Shown here in pieces: positions 23,838 through 36,223 of a DNA stretch of 47,598 nt. A program made the position numbers and the translations under genes. Source of the DNA: Proteromonas lacertae (taxonomy: Eukaryota); contig NGBS01000344.1 of NCBI GenBank assembly GCA_002245135.1, positions 1 through 47,598 on the forward strand. Reading direction: 5' to 3'. The notes beneath the pieces are model-generated. The model had not been told where the DNA came from, made no database searches, and worked only from the letters and a program-made list of their open reading frames with translations. Position 1 is the stretch's first letter, and each line of letters starts with the position of its first letter.

Positions 23838-23952
23838 TATCGCAGATGTAGCTTATATGACAAAGTAAGATTATATTTGCATATAACTCGCCATCAAACC
23901 ACACACTATCATTTTAGAATTGAAAAAAGTCTTCTTAACGCTCAACGGCGCA
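23838..23952 (-). repeat. Second copy of the 115-bp dispersed repeat
   Basis: Reverse complement of 6085-6199. Confidence 0.9.
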
Positions 23953-24422
23953 AGACACAAACTCATAAACTAATGAAAAAATAGATATTAGAAGTTATAA
24001 AAACACTAAATCTTTTTTTTTATTCTTACACAGTTGTTTCTTATATACAAAAATATCGGCTAAACTAATATACAAAGTGTGATGTATTTTTAATTAGCAA
24101 ATGAATTTTTAATTTTTCTTTTAATCTAAACAATCATTACACCACCAACTGTTTCTGAACCTAACTTCATCCTATTCTAATTTGTCTTGTTTAATATTTA
24201 TAACTAGACAATAAGTTGTTTTGATGGACAGTAGAAAGGGAATGTTCTAATGACTTATCTATACTCATGTATATGTATATATACTATAAAATTTTGTGTG
24301 TGTTTTGGTAATTAAACCTATTCTAAATGAAAAAGAACATTTTTAACATTTAGGGGTATGAAAATTCTTTTTTTTGTTCCGATTTTTAAAACATTATTTT
24401 TGATAGTCGAATGAAATAAAAT

Positions 24423-25338
24423 ATGTCTAATTTATATTCAAACTGTATGCAAATATTGGATGAAATAGAATCGTTGAATGCCATATTTTCTCCTGGTATA
24501 TTTGTCAACATATCTTTGTTGTAATTAGAAGAACTAAACTACGATTTTAATTACATTGCATCATTGAAAGATATTTTAAGAGAAGATAATAAAGATATAA
24601 AAATTGACTCTCTGCATCAATTTGATTTATCTCTTAATATGAATGTATTATCGCTTGTTACACATGATCTAGAAAGAAATTAGTGATGAAATATCCATTA
24701 AATACACAGTTGGTTTTACTATTCCTCCAGAATATCCAGATATTAAACCAATGGTTTCATTTACAACTCCTCAACTTACAAATTCTCAACAAAATGAGAT
24801 TCAATATAATATAGAGAAATTCTTACTATCAAATCAGAATTATGAAGTGATTATCTATTCAACATATTTGTTTGTTGAAGATGAACTTTTATCATTATTA
24901 GAAAAGAGTAATGATGATGATAACAAATCAGAAACTTCATCATCACAGAAAATATATTTAGGATTTCGAATAATGTGGTTTCATCATATTAGAAATCCAC
25001 TTAAACGCAAAGCAATAATCAATTGGTCATCAGAATTAGGTTTATATGGTGGTACAAAGATAGGATATCCTGGAGTAGTATATATTGAAGGATTAGAAGA
25101 AAATTGTTGTGAAATGGTTAGAAGATTAAAAACTCTTAGATGGAAAGCTATTGTTGTTAGATATGTAGATAAAATACTCTGTAATGATATGGAAGACCTT
25201 GATAAGAAAAGAACCTTCCCTAAAACGTTCACAGAATATGGAAATGATGAATTGAATGAAGTGTTTAAAATATTTAAAGAAAAGGGGATGGAAACTATAT
25301 TTTATGAAGCTGTTCTAAAAATACAAACTGAAAATTAA
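24423..25338 (+). CDS. RWDD2: RWD domain-containing protein 2-like (RWD + DUF1115)
   Basis: DEIESLNAIF, FTIPPEYPD (RWD); RIMWFHHIRNPLKRKAIINWSSELGLYGGTKIGYPGVVYIEG; two short introns 5' of the listed ORF. Confidence 0.82.
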
Positions 25339-25481
25339 TTATTTATAAATATTTATACCTTTATATCTATATTTTATACATTAAATGAATGAAAAATTGA
25401 TTATGACATTTGAAATGTAAAATACATTGATTTGACAAGTATCAAGCTTTTTCATATTTTATCAATTTTAAGACTATAGAA

Positions 25482-26560
25482 ATGATAATTAAATCAAATA
25501 TACATAAAAATGAAGGGTATAATAATCAATCGGCTCAATTATGCTATAATATATCTAAATAGTCTTATTCGAAAAATGATAAAGTGTGGATATGGTGATT
25601 TGAGAGTATTAGTTGAAAATGAAGAAATGAAAACATTGAAATCATTATTGTGTTGTTGTAATGATACATTTCGAGAGATTTTAGAAGATAAAGAGTTTAA
25701 AGAACCATTAGAGTTATATGAAGGATGTAATAAAGATGTATTTCTGATGTTAGAAAGATATTATGAAGGAAATGATATAAATGTTGAAGATAATAACTGT
25801 GTTAAACTGTTATTGATTTGTGTTTGTTATAATGAGAATAGATTGTTGAAAATACTGAAAGAGTATATACTGAAAAGAATGAATGAAAATGATAAAATGA
25901 TTGTTGAATTGTTGAATGAGAAATACATACTTGAGAATAAGAATCTATTAGAAATGAAGATAGAAATGAGTAAATACTTAAGTATGAAGAATTATCGATT
26001 ATTGAATGATAAAATGATAAATGAGATGAATGTGAATAGTATAAAAGAAATCTTTAGTAATGAAATAATATTTAATGGAAATAGAAGTGAATTAAAAGAA
26101 TTATTGAATGGTTATATGTTAATGAATGAGAAATATTTGAATGAAGAAGAAAATGAAATAATGAAAAAGATAATGAACAGAATAAATGAAAATGAAACCA
26201 ATCAGTTAATAAGATATATCTCAATTCCAAAAATGAAATGATATATGAATATTTGATAGACAATTATCCAAAAGAAAATGAAGAAATCGAAATGAAAAGT
26301 ATAAAATATTTCTATTCTATTTTTTAATAGAAGAAGAAATGATTAATCCTAATTTTTTAATGGAAAATAATAAAGAATTAAAAGTATTGTTAGTTGAAGG
26401 AAATATGATTATTAAAATGATGGTAATGTAAATTTAGATAAAGAAATGAATGATATGGGTTTAATGGTGTATTATATTCAATCTATTGATTATTAGTTGG
26501 ACCATAATTATAATTTAGTATATTATGTTTGATATATGCAAAAATAAATTAAGATGAGAA
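25482..26560 (+). CDS. BTB/POZ-like domain protein (3' part uncertain or degraded)
   Basis: ATG at 25482, 46-nt intron 25517-25562, then GYGDLRVLVENEEMKTLKSLLCCCNDTFREIL...FLMLERYY...NCVKLL. Confidence 0.6.
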
Positions 26561-26710
26561 GATAAATCTAACAGTTTTTTTTATTTGTTATTAATCTAAA
26601 ATATTTTATGATTTGAATGTAATTATTCACAAGATATTTAATTTTTACGTATAATTCAAATTTTACACACAATACAACATAATAGAAACGACTATATTTT
26701 CATAAAGAAA

Positions 26711-29415
26711 ATGCTGAATTATTTCTATGATTATCTGTTGTACTTACCATTTAGTACAGTATATATATGTTTTTTAATATTTATAGATAAAAGAGAGGAT
26801 AGAGAAGAGTAATTATGAAGAAGATTTGGTAGTAGAATGTCAGGGTGATATCAGAGTGATTAAAATAATGAATATTAATGGAATAATAGAAAAAATGACA
26901 TTAAAATTCTGTGAGATTAACTCATTGTTGTTAGATTGTTGTGTATCATATGTATATCCTTCTAATGTGTTCCATTTGTATAATGATGTTGAATGTATGA
27001 TATTGGAGAGAGAATATTATATGAGAGATTTAGAAGAGTTAATTAAAAGTAAATGGTTTTGAAAGATAATGATGTGGTGATAGATAATATAAAGGGTAGT
27101 AATGTAGTATATAAAAGAAATGGTGAAATGATACTTTGTGATTTATTCTTAAACTCATTAAGAAAAGAAGAAGATATGAGAGTGTATGATATCTACTTTA
27201 AAAGTCCTGAACAGTTGAATGGATTAGAATACAATGAAAAAAGTGTGATATGGTCAATTGGATGTATTTTATATGAGATGATAAATAAGAAATTACCATT
27301 TAATGAAGATAATAATGTAATGAAAACAATGAATAATATTGTGAGATTTAAAATGTGATGAAATGATGAAAGAAATTGTTGGAAGAATGCTGAAAGCGAA
27401 GAATGAAGATAGATTGAGTTTAACAGAAATGAGAAAAGAAATGATCAAGATAAGTGAGATAATGAAAGATAGAGATAATTATTTGATGATATGTAAAGAA
27501 AGAAAAGAAATAATATATGATAATGATAACGTAATAGCTACACTTACCATAATATATCCATCAGCATGTTATCTTAAAAGTACTAAAAGAGAACTAATTC
27601 GTGATAAATTAATAGAATCTTACAATATTGTAGCTAATGAGAGAATCATGTCAATACTATTAATGATGAAGCTATACAAAGAAGACAATTCAATAACTAA
27701 TGAATTGGAATTTCAAATCTGTCATGGATGTAAAAATAGTAAAGAGTGTTTTTTGGATGAAATTATATGTAATGTTTATATTGATTATGATGATAAAGAA
27801 ATAATTAGAGTTGATTCAGATTGTTTATGTCTCTGTGAAGAAGGATTGAGTTACTTGTTCAGCATAATGAAAGTGATCAATCCAACAAAAATGAGATTTA
27901 GTAAAATTAGTTGTTTTTATTAGTTTAGATTATGTAAGTATTCCATCACAATGTAATCTTAATCATCATTTTATAGAATCATTTGTTAAATCAATTTAGG
28001 AGAAATTGAAATATGTCAATCTACAATGTATTCATTAGTCATTTATATTTGCATTATTAATCAACAGTAGAAACGAATTCAATATCAGAAGAATGGAATT
28101 TAATGATGAATCAATTATTTTATTATCAGAAAAATTATATAATTACCCAAATCTTCAGAAAGTAGATATTAGAGAGAATAATAATATTATTATCCAAAAT
28201 TGATAAAATACATCAAAGATTGTGTTGATAAATTAAATCTGAGTATTTTAGAAAATGATGATAGTATATTCAAGAAATTCATTTCATTAAGATTAAATGA
28301 ATTGAAGTATGTAAAAGTATTAGATTTTAGTAGTATAATTTTGATATTATTCTATTATTTAGATAATCAACTTAAGTATAAAAGCATAGAAATACTGATT
28401 AACAATTTATCTTCATTTCCAAGTCTTAAACAACTTCAGATATATGGAAATGAAATAGGAGATGAAGGAATGAGAATATTATCTCCACATATATATTTGT
28501 TAATAACTTGTGGTAATGGATTGAATACTTCAAGTATAATAATTATATTTATTGATTTTGAATAGAAATGGGATTATCTTCTATTGGATTAAAATATATG
28601 TTAGATGGTTTAAAAAATTATGAAAAAAAGATTTGGCTTGATATAAGTGGAAATTATATAAATTCAGACGGAGTTAAATATCTGATGGATTATAATAGAA
28701 AGAAAGACAATACTGGATTTAAATTATTATCAAGCAATGTGAACAAATTGATCAGAGACTATTATCCATATGATATTAGTTTGTGTAATATCTCAATAGA
28801 TGATGAAAGCATTCCACAGTTGAAAATAATAATAGAATCAATTGGTATTTGTTTAAGAATAGATCTGAAAGGAAATAATATCAGAATGAATGAGTTAAAA
28901 TCAATATGTTCAAAGTCATTAGAAAGTGAGAATTATCCGTTTTTAGAAATGAAATGTTCATCATGGAATAATGAAGAATTAGAGTATTATTTGAGTTATT
29001 GTAGTAAAAAGAAAAGGAGAATCGATGAAAGAAACTATGATTTTTCAAGTATATGATTTAAATATATAATGAAATAGATATGAATATTAATGATTCTCAT
29101 ATTAGATTGATAAAAGAGATTGATTATAATACACTTGATTTATCCAATAATAGAATTAGTTCTATAGGATTAAAAGAATTAAAGAATGATAAATCAGAAG
29201 ATATAAAATATAAAGATGATAATCCATATTCATTGATAAAAGGAAATGAAGATAATGAAAGTAAAACGAGATTAATGAAAGAAAATAAAGAAACTATTTA
29301 TATAATGAATGAAATGATATTAATATCAGAAAATTATGAAGATAAATTAAAATTTAAATCACCTTTAAGAAATTTTCATCAATTAAATCAATTTAATAAA
29401 GTAAGCAAATCTTAA
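26711..29415 (+). pseudogene. Divergent (pseudo)kinase + leucine-rich repeat gene, fragmented
   Basis: NIKGSNV, FKSPEQL, SVIWSIGCILYEMINKKLPF, followed by RNI-like LRRs (LKQLQIYGNEIGDEGM, LDISGNYINSDGV, LDLSNNRISSIGL). Several frame breaks. Confidence 0.72.
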
Positions 29416-29609
29416 TTTTAAATGGTTTTAACGCTAAATGATTAAATACATTGATAGTTTCTTATTTAAATTTCTCAATATACATAAGAAAGTGAATAAC
29501 TGTATTGTCCCAAAATCTCAATCTGATTGTGTATAATTTTGTCTTTCATTTCAACTAAAAAATAAACACTCAAGCTTTTATCAAGCAAGTGGAACACAAT
29601 TAAAGAAAA

Positions 29610-30934
29610 ATGAAAGTTATATTTTTCATTCTATTTGCTTTTGCTGGGGTATTTGCCCTTAACAATGGATTAGCTTTGACACCTCCCATGGTATATATTT
29701 GTTAATTCTATTTTATAGGGTTGGTTATCTTGGGAATGGTATTTTGTCTTTGTATATAATTTCTTTTAGGTTTAGATGTGAAGTTGACTGCAAAAAACAC
29801 CCAACTGCATGCATTGATGAGAATTTATTTACTTCAATGATTGATGCTCTTGTTAATAGAGGATTTTTAAAAGCTGGTTACAAAGTATAAATGTTATGTG
29901 ATAATATAATAAAATGTAATAGCAAATCAACATAGATGATTGTTGGATGTCTTGGGAAAGAAACTCAACAGGTTATTTAACAGCAAATGCAACTCGTTTC
30001 CCTCATGGAATTAAGTGGTTATCACAATATGCTCATGATAGAAAAGTTGAATTAGGTATCTATGAAGATTTTGGAACTAACACTTGTCAAGGATATCCAG
30101 GTTCAATGGGATATTTAGAAAAAGATGCAGCTGTGTTTGCTGAATGGGAAACTGATAGTTTAAAACTTGATGGTTGTTATGCACCAGTATAATTAATTCA
30201 ATTCTATAATTTAGTTGGAAGCTATGCGTGATGGTTATACCAACATGTCAATTGCCTTAAATAAGACAGGAAGACCAATCTTATATGCTTGTTCATGGCC
30301 AGCTTATGAAGAATCAGCTCCTTTCCCATATTTAGAACAAATCTGCAACTTATGGAGACCATACACAGATATAGAACACACATGGGAAAGTTTAAGTGAT
30401 ATAATAAAGCAATGGGGTGATCAACAAACAAGATATCAACCAGCTAATGGTCCAGGTCATTGGGTAGATCCAGATATGTTAGTAATTGGTTCAACAGGTG
30501 ATGGATTAGGTGCAAATGAATATAAAACTCAAATGGCCTTATGGTCAATGTGGGCTGCTCCATTATATATGAGTCATGATTTAAGAAATACTAGTGATGA
30601 TGCATTTGCAATTTTAACCAACTCTGAAATAATCGAAATTGATCAAGATCCCTTAGGAATTGCTGCTCATATGTATTATCGAGATGCTGAATATGAGATT
30701 TGGGCTAGACCATTGTTTAATGGTGATTGGGCTGTTGCTGTGTATAACAAAAGTCCCAAGAGTATAGATGTTGATTTATTTTTACATGATTGTGCAATTA
30801 TTGTGAAGAATAGTGCCAGTTTAAGAGATTTAGAATTACATCAAGATGTTGGTACTATTAAATCCAATGAATATTTCCATATTAAGAATATTCCATCACA
30901 TGCAACAAATATATACAGAGTAAAACTTAATTAA
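29610..30934 (+). CDS. Secreted GH27 alpha-galactosidase / alpha-N-acetylgalactosaminidase
   Basis: Signal peptide, LNNGLALTPPM|GWLSWE, INIDDCW, LKLDGC (nucleophile), CNLWRPYTDI (acid/base), WVDPDMLVIG. Four short introns including a 20-nt micro-exon at 29719-29738. Confidence 0.95.
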
Positions 30935-31030
30935 ATAATTGGTATTATGTATTTGTTTTTATTTATTCGTATAATAAAAATCAAATTGAATTTTGGATTT
31001 TAGTGAAAAATATTATAATAGTTTTTAGAG

Positions 31031-32190
31031 CAGTGTTGTATTTTTCGGTCAAAAAATATAGGTTTACCTATAGGTCAAAACCTATATCTTTAGCTTGACC
31101 TTTACCTTCCTTATACTAACTATTAGTTGACCTCCTATTGAACATGAGTTAACAAGCATATAATCTAACCATAGATACAAAATTAATGTTTTATACATCA
31201 TCTTTCAAATATCAAATTTGACAGTCTGTCGATGCACTTTTTATATTACTATTATTTTGATCTATTTCTCAATGATGACTCACAATAACATATTATTAAC
31301 ATAATATTAAATTAATTATAGAATAAAAAAAATAAAAGAAAAAAACATCAAGCTTGATGGTTTGACTAAGTTAATCTTTATTTTTTAAGATTTAGATCAT
31401 TTAGATGTATAATTACTCAATATTTATAAGACTTTATAATATATGAAACTATAGGGATATCACATTACCCCCTATCGCATCAATAGAGTTGTGTATTTAT
31501 TCAATTGTTGTATGTTAGAGAAGTAACATTTTAACTACTTCAAAATGTTTTGGAAAACGTGATTAAAATAAAATATTCAGATTATTACATATGGTAAAAG
31601 CCAAAGTCAATTCAGATTCTGTCAACAAAGATCTATGTAAATTAATAACCTTCAATGCAGTCAGTACCACAATATTAGACTCACCAGAATTTAGAAGGTT
31701 TTGCTTCAAACCAGGATATATTATACCTCTAAGAGAGTTTTATAATGCTTATTTATTTTCAGAAACTGAGAAAGTAAGAGACTTATTGAAGACAAATCAT
31801 TAATATCCAGAAATAGAGATTTATTATTATAATTACATTAATATTTGTTTTTTAGAGATAGTAATCAATATAAATTAATCATCAAAATAACAAGTTGTTT
31901 ATAAATATGTTAAATATCACTATTGAGTAGTTTGTAGATGAATTTTAATATATTAGTATAGATATTTATACAATTTCAACCAATCTTATTCTAACTATGG
32001 TAATCAAAGTAAAACAGGAAGCATGAATAATATTTTATATAGTATGATAGTTTGTATTAAACAAATGTTACTCAGTATGTAATTAAAATAGATTTTAACA
32101 AAATAATGCTCGAGGTTTGACCAACCAACGATCAAAGCTAGATTATAGGTTTTACCTATAACCTATAGGTTACCTATTTATACAACCCTG
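31031..32190 (+). mobile_element. Non-autonomous hAT element, 1,160 bp
   Basis: TIR CAGTGTTGTA...TACAACCCTG, perfect 8-bp TSD TTTTAGAG (31023-31030 and 32191-32198), subterminal TAGGT/ACCTA repeats, internal transposase remnant at 31591-31803 (DSPEFRRFCFKPGYIIP). Confidence 0.92.
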
Positions 32191-32226
32191 TTTTAGAGGT
32201 TATAATAAAAATCTAAACATTTTAAA

Positions 32227-34920
32227 TTAGAAAATACAACAATATTCAAATCTATTATATTTTCTTTTTTTGACAATCGGTTGTAAATCTTCATCATTAT
32301 TATTCTTTTTATCATCATAATCTTTTCTTTTTATCCTTTTCTCAGCTTTACCACTATCATTTTTATTAATTCCATATTCTTTTTTACTACTTTCTATTGA
32401 TTTATAACTATCACTGTGATAGTCATTCTTACATTTTTTAATTCTTAACAATGATACTTTAAGATTTTCTGGTTCTAACTCCTTTCTTCTATTATTATTG
32501 ATTTTATTACAATTACATGAAGGTATGCACATCGTAAATGGTATTGTTTTATATTGATAACATTTATACCACTTCAGAGATGGATTACTTAATAAAATTA
32601 GAATATCAGCATTAATAAAATCACTATCAAATAAATCAATATTATCACAAATAATCGCTAATTTTCCATTCTGTTTTCCTACCAATCCATCAATTCTCAT
32701 AAAGATTCCTGTTTCTTTAGCTGCATAATAACATTTTCTTTCGCTTGATATATATAGTACATTATAATTCTCATTATCAGAAAACTGATAATGACTAAAA
32801 TAATAACACAAATAAAAACCTAAAACTATTCTTTCAAACTATTCTTCTCCAAATATTAAATACCTTCCCTTCCCTTTTAAGCTATTATTTATCATATTTA
32901 TTATCCTTTTGTAACAATCTCTATTAATTAAATTATGGTTGTTAATTACCAATTTATCTTTTGATTGATCTACTGTTGTCTTATTTAATAGTAAATCAAT
33001 ATCATTAGCAACACAATAATCATTTTCTACCAAATAATTGAAGATATTGTCTTTTGGTTTCAGTGTTATTTGGATAGCTTTTTCATTTTCATTCATATTC
33101 TCATTTACATCACTCAAAATATATTCACCTCCTTTTGAAAATCTAGACTGAACATTCGTATAACTAATAGGTGGTAAAAATTCATTTGCATCACTTTTTT
33201 TAATACTTTTGTTTTTCTACATCTAAAATATTCATCAATATATTCATCGTTTAATATAAATCCATCTTTAACATATCCATCTCTTTGAATAATCACTTCT
33301 TTTATAGTAATATTATCAGTTATTTCATTTGAAGTATGACTACTATCATGAAAATTTTTAAAATTGAAGTTATGCTATATAATATATATATATATAATAT
33401 AGTATTATATATACATTATATATCTTTTTATATTCATCATCATTTATTATCAATGAAGAATCATCAAATAATAATTTAAACACACAATCATTAACAGCAA
33501 AATCATATCTACCAAAGTAATAATTTTTAAAGGTGAAAGAGCTTGACTTAAATCTAATATTATCAAATATTCCATTGTAATTAATACAACCTTCATCCAA
33601 GTTTTTATATATAGGTTTGTATAAAGATATATCTTCAACAATTTCTGGATTGTTAGATATAATATATGTGACTAATTCTTTGTATAAATATCTCTTCAGT
33701 TCAATATCTTCTTCATCTTTATATAATCTATAAAACAAATTTTGAGCAATAAGCAACTCTGAAATCTCTTGGGAAAAACAGTATGAGATACACCACAAAA
33801 TTCTTCTTGAATTGTATTTTAGATATTTTTGAGGTTTGCCATCTTTCAAATTATAATGAAACACTAAATTCATGAATTTATAATCTTTATATTTTTCACT
33901 TACCATATATTTTTCAATAAATTCTTTATGTGTCTCAATTACATTTAAATCAAATAACATTCTTTTATACTCGTCCCAATAATCCTTTTTGTATATATCC
34001 CTATATATGTAATGATTGTGAATGTGTTTGGTATTATAACCATAATCAATCATCACATTTTCATCTACAATCCCACTGTCATAATTTAAGCAGGTCTTAA
34101 ACCATATTCTTACTTCAACTGGATTGAAAATATCTAAATATGTTAATTTTGAGTTAGAATCTAAATACTGTTGATAGTAATATTTATATGGATCACTAAT
34201 AGATATAATTACATTATCAAGACTAACATAACCATAACTATCACAAATAATAATTGAATTTTTTACTTTTCCAATATCACAATCATTTAAATGTCTTAAT
34301 ACATAACATTCACCCCTTTTCACATATTTATAAGCCATTGACTCTTCAGATTTTATAAAATAAATTTCTCTTCCTTTCAATACATCTTCTTTCTCATTCT
34401 TTATATTCATTAACATATAATAGGCAAATGAACTATTACCATTACCTGCTTGACCAATCACTACAAAATGAGGATTTTCATTCTTTGAAGTCTTTATATC
34501 ATTCATTATCTCAGTGTATTTCTCTTTATAACATTCTCTAATGAAGATTCTATTTTCGGGATATTTATTAGTGTTTACACTCCTATCAAAAGCCAAAAAT
34601 CCATTACAAACAGTTAAGCTATTCACTAAACATTCAATTACATCTAATGGCTTATCTTTTCTTCTTACATTCACTAAATCATTAACATTCATACCTGAAA
34701 CAACGTTTTTAATGTCATTAAGGTTGTACTTTTTATTTTTCACATTTCTGTTCAACAAAAAATAGTAGTATCTAGATATTGAATCAATATCAGAAGGAAT
34801 TATGCTAATTGATGTTGATAATTCATTAATAAGTTCCGATATTACTCTATTCATATCATTAAATTCGTTACTACATATTTTCTTTTGCATATCATATTCT
34901 TTAATTGAGCTGATCATCAT
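32227..34920 (-). pseudogene. Degenerate paralogue of the Crinkler/RHS-like double NTPase gene
   Basis: RIFIRECY...VVIGQAGNGNSS (Walker Lys lost), VIISISDP; second module INRDCY...YLIFG, LILLSNPS. Multiple frameshifts. Confidence 0.7.
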
Positions 34921-35245
34921 AAACTATTTTCCAAAATTATATCCGTTTCAATTGTTTCTAATCTATTTTGCAACATTTATAAAATCAATGATTTCATTCA
35001 CAATCTTCACAGTTATAAAACTATTTGCTTGATAATCTGTTACTGTGTTGATTTATATTATAATTCTAACTTGTCTAACATTTATTTGTTTTTTCACATA
35101 AATGTAAAGTATTGATGGTTAATATTCTTTAGAATAGCATATTCTCTTATTATTGTTGTTATGTATTATGTTAGATAAGATTGTAATTATGTAATGTCAG
35201 TTACAAAAACGACTAAATATTTAAAAACATCAAACAAGTTTGAAA

Positions 35246-36080
35246 ATGTTTTGCTTAAAATGTTTTGAGGATGATATTATTGCCTCATTATTATCGTCTG
35301 ATACAAAAGCATTTTAGTTATTTTATTTTTATAGACAAGAAAGATAAAAAAAGAATGATAATGAAGTAGATTATGTTGTGGAACATCAAAGAACTTCAAA
35401 ATATTTGAATCTTTTAATTTATTTGAATGAATGAGAATAGAATATTAAGGTTTAATGAAAAGAGCTTATTTCTGTTGGATTGTTCTAAACCACACTATTT
35501 GTCTATTTAAAATGTTTCAGATAAATATACATTAATAGCCACATCAACTGATGGAAGAAGTGTAAAAATATCCACTTTAGAAATTGAAATAGTATAATCT
35601 ACCTCCAATTCCAGCTGGTTATGCTGGTAGAATAATAAATGGAAGAATTAATGTAAAACTATTTCAGTAACAGCTCCAGATAGAGGTAATAGAGTTTATA
35701 CAACTTATTATAGAACATCATTCACAGGAAATGCGAAGAAAAGTACACAGGAAGTATTATATGTTAAGAAATACTGGTGTATATACAATACCATTTCCTA
35801 ATTATATATATGGCTGATGAAGTGATTTAAATTGATGCTTTAATCAACAGTCGAGTAAATCCAAAAAGTGATAGAAGAAAAAAATGTTATGAACAAGCTT
35901 GTAATTTAGGTTATTGTTTAGAGAAACATAATTATGGATTATTATTAATGAATAGTAAAGAATGAATTAAGTGAAAGAAATGTATATAAGTCAAGCAGGA
36001 GTTATTCATTTAGAGAAAAGTCTAAAATTATTTCAAGAAGCAGCTGATGAAGGAATAGAAGATGGTAGAAGGTGGTGATG
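35246..36080 (+). pseudogene. Degraded gene with Sel1-like repeat remnants
   Basis: Fragments ACNLGYCLEK and LEKSLKLFQEAADEG among short open frames. Confidence 0.4.
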
Positions 36081-36223
36081 ATGATAAATGGTGTTTAATA
36101 AAGTAGTAAAAGTATTTGTTATTGTGTTTGGTTTTTAAGATAGCATCTACTGCTGTTAAAATAAAAATATTTCAAAATAAAAACTCAAATTGAAACGACT
36201 AATAATTTTGAAACAAATCGGTT

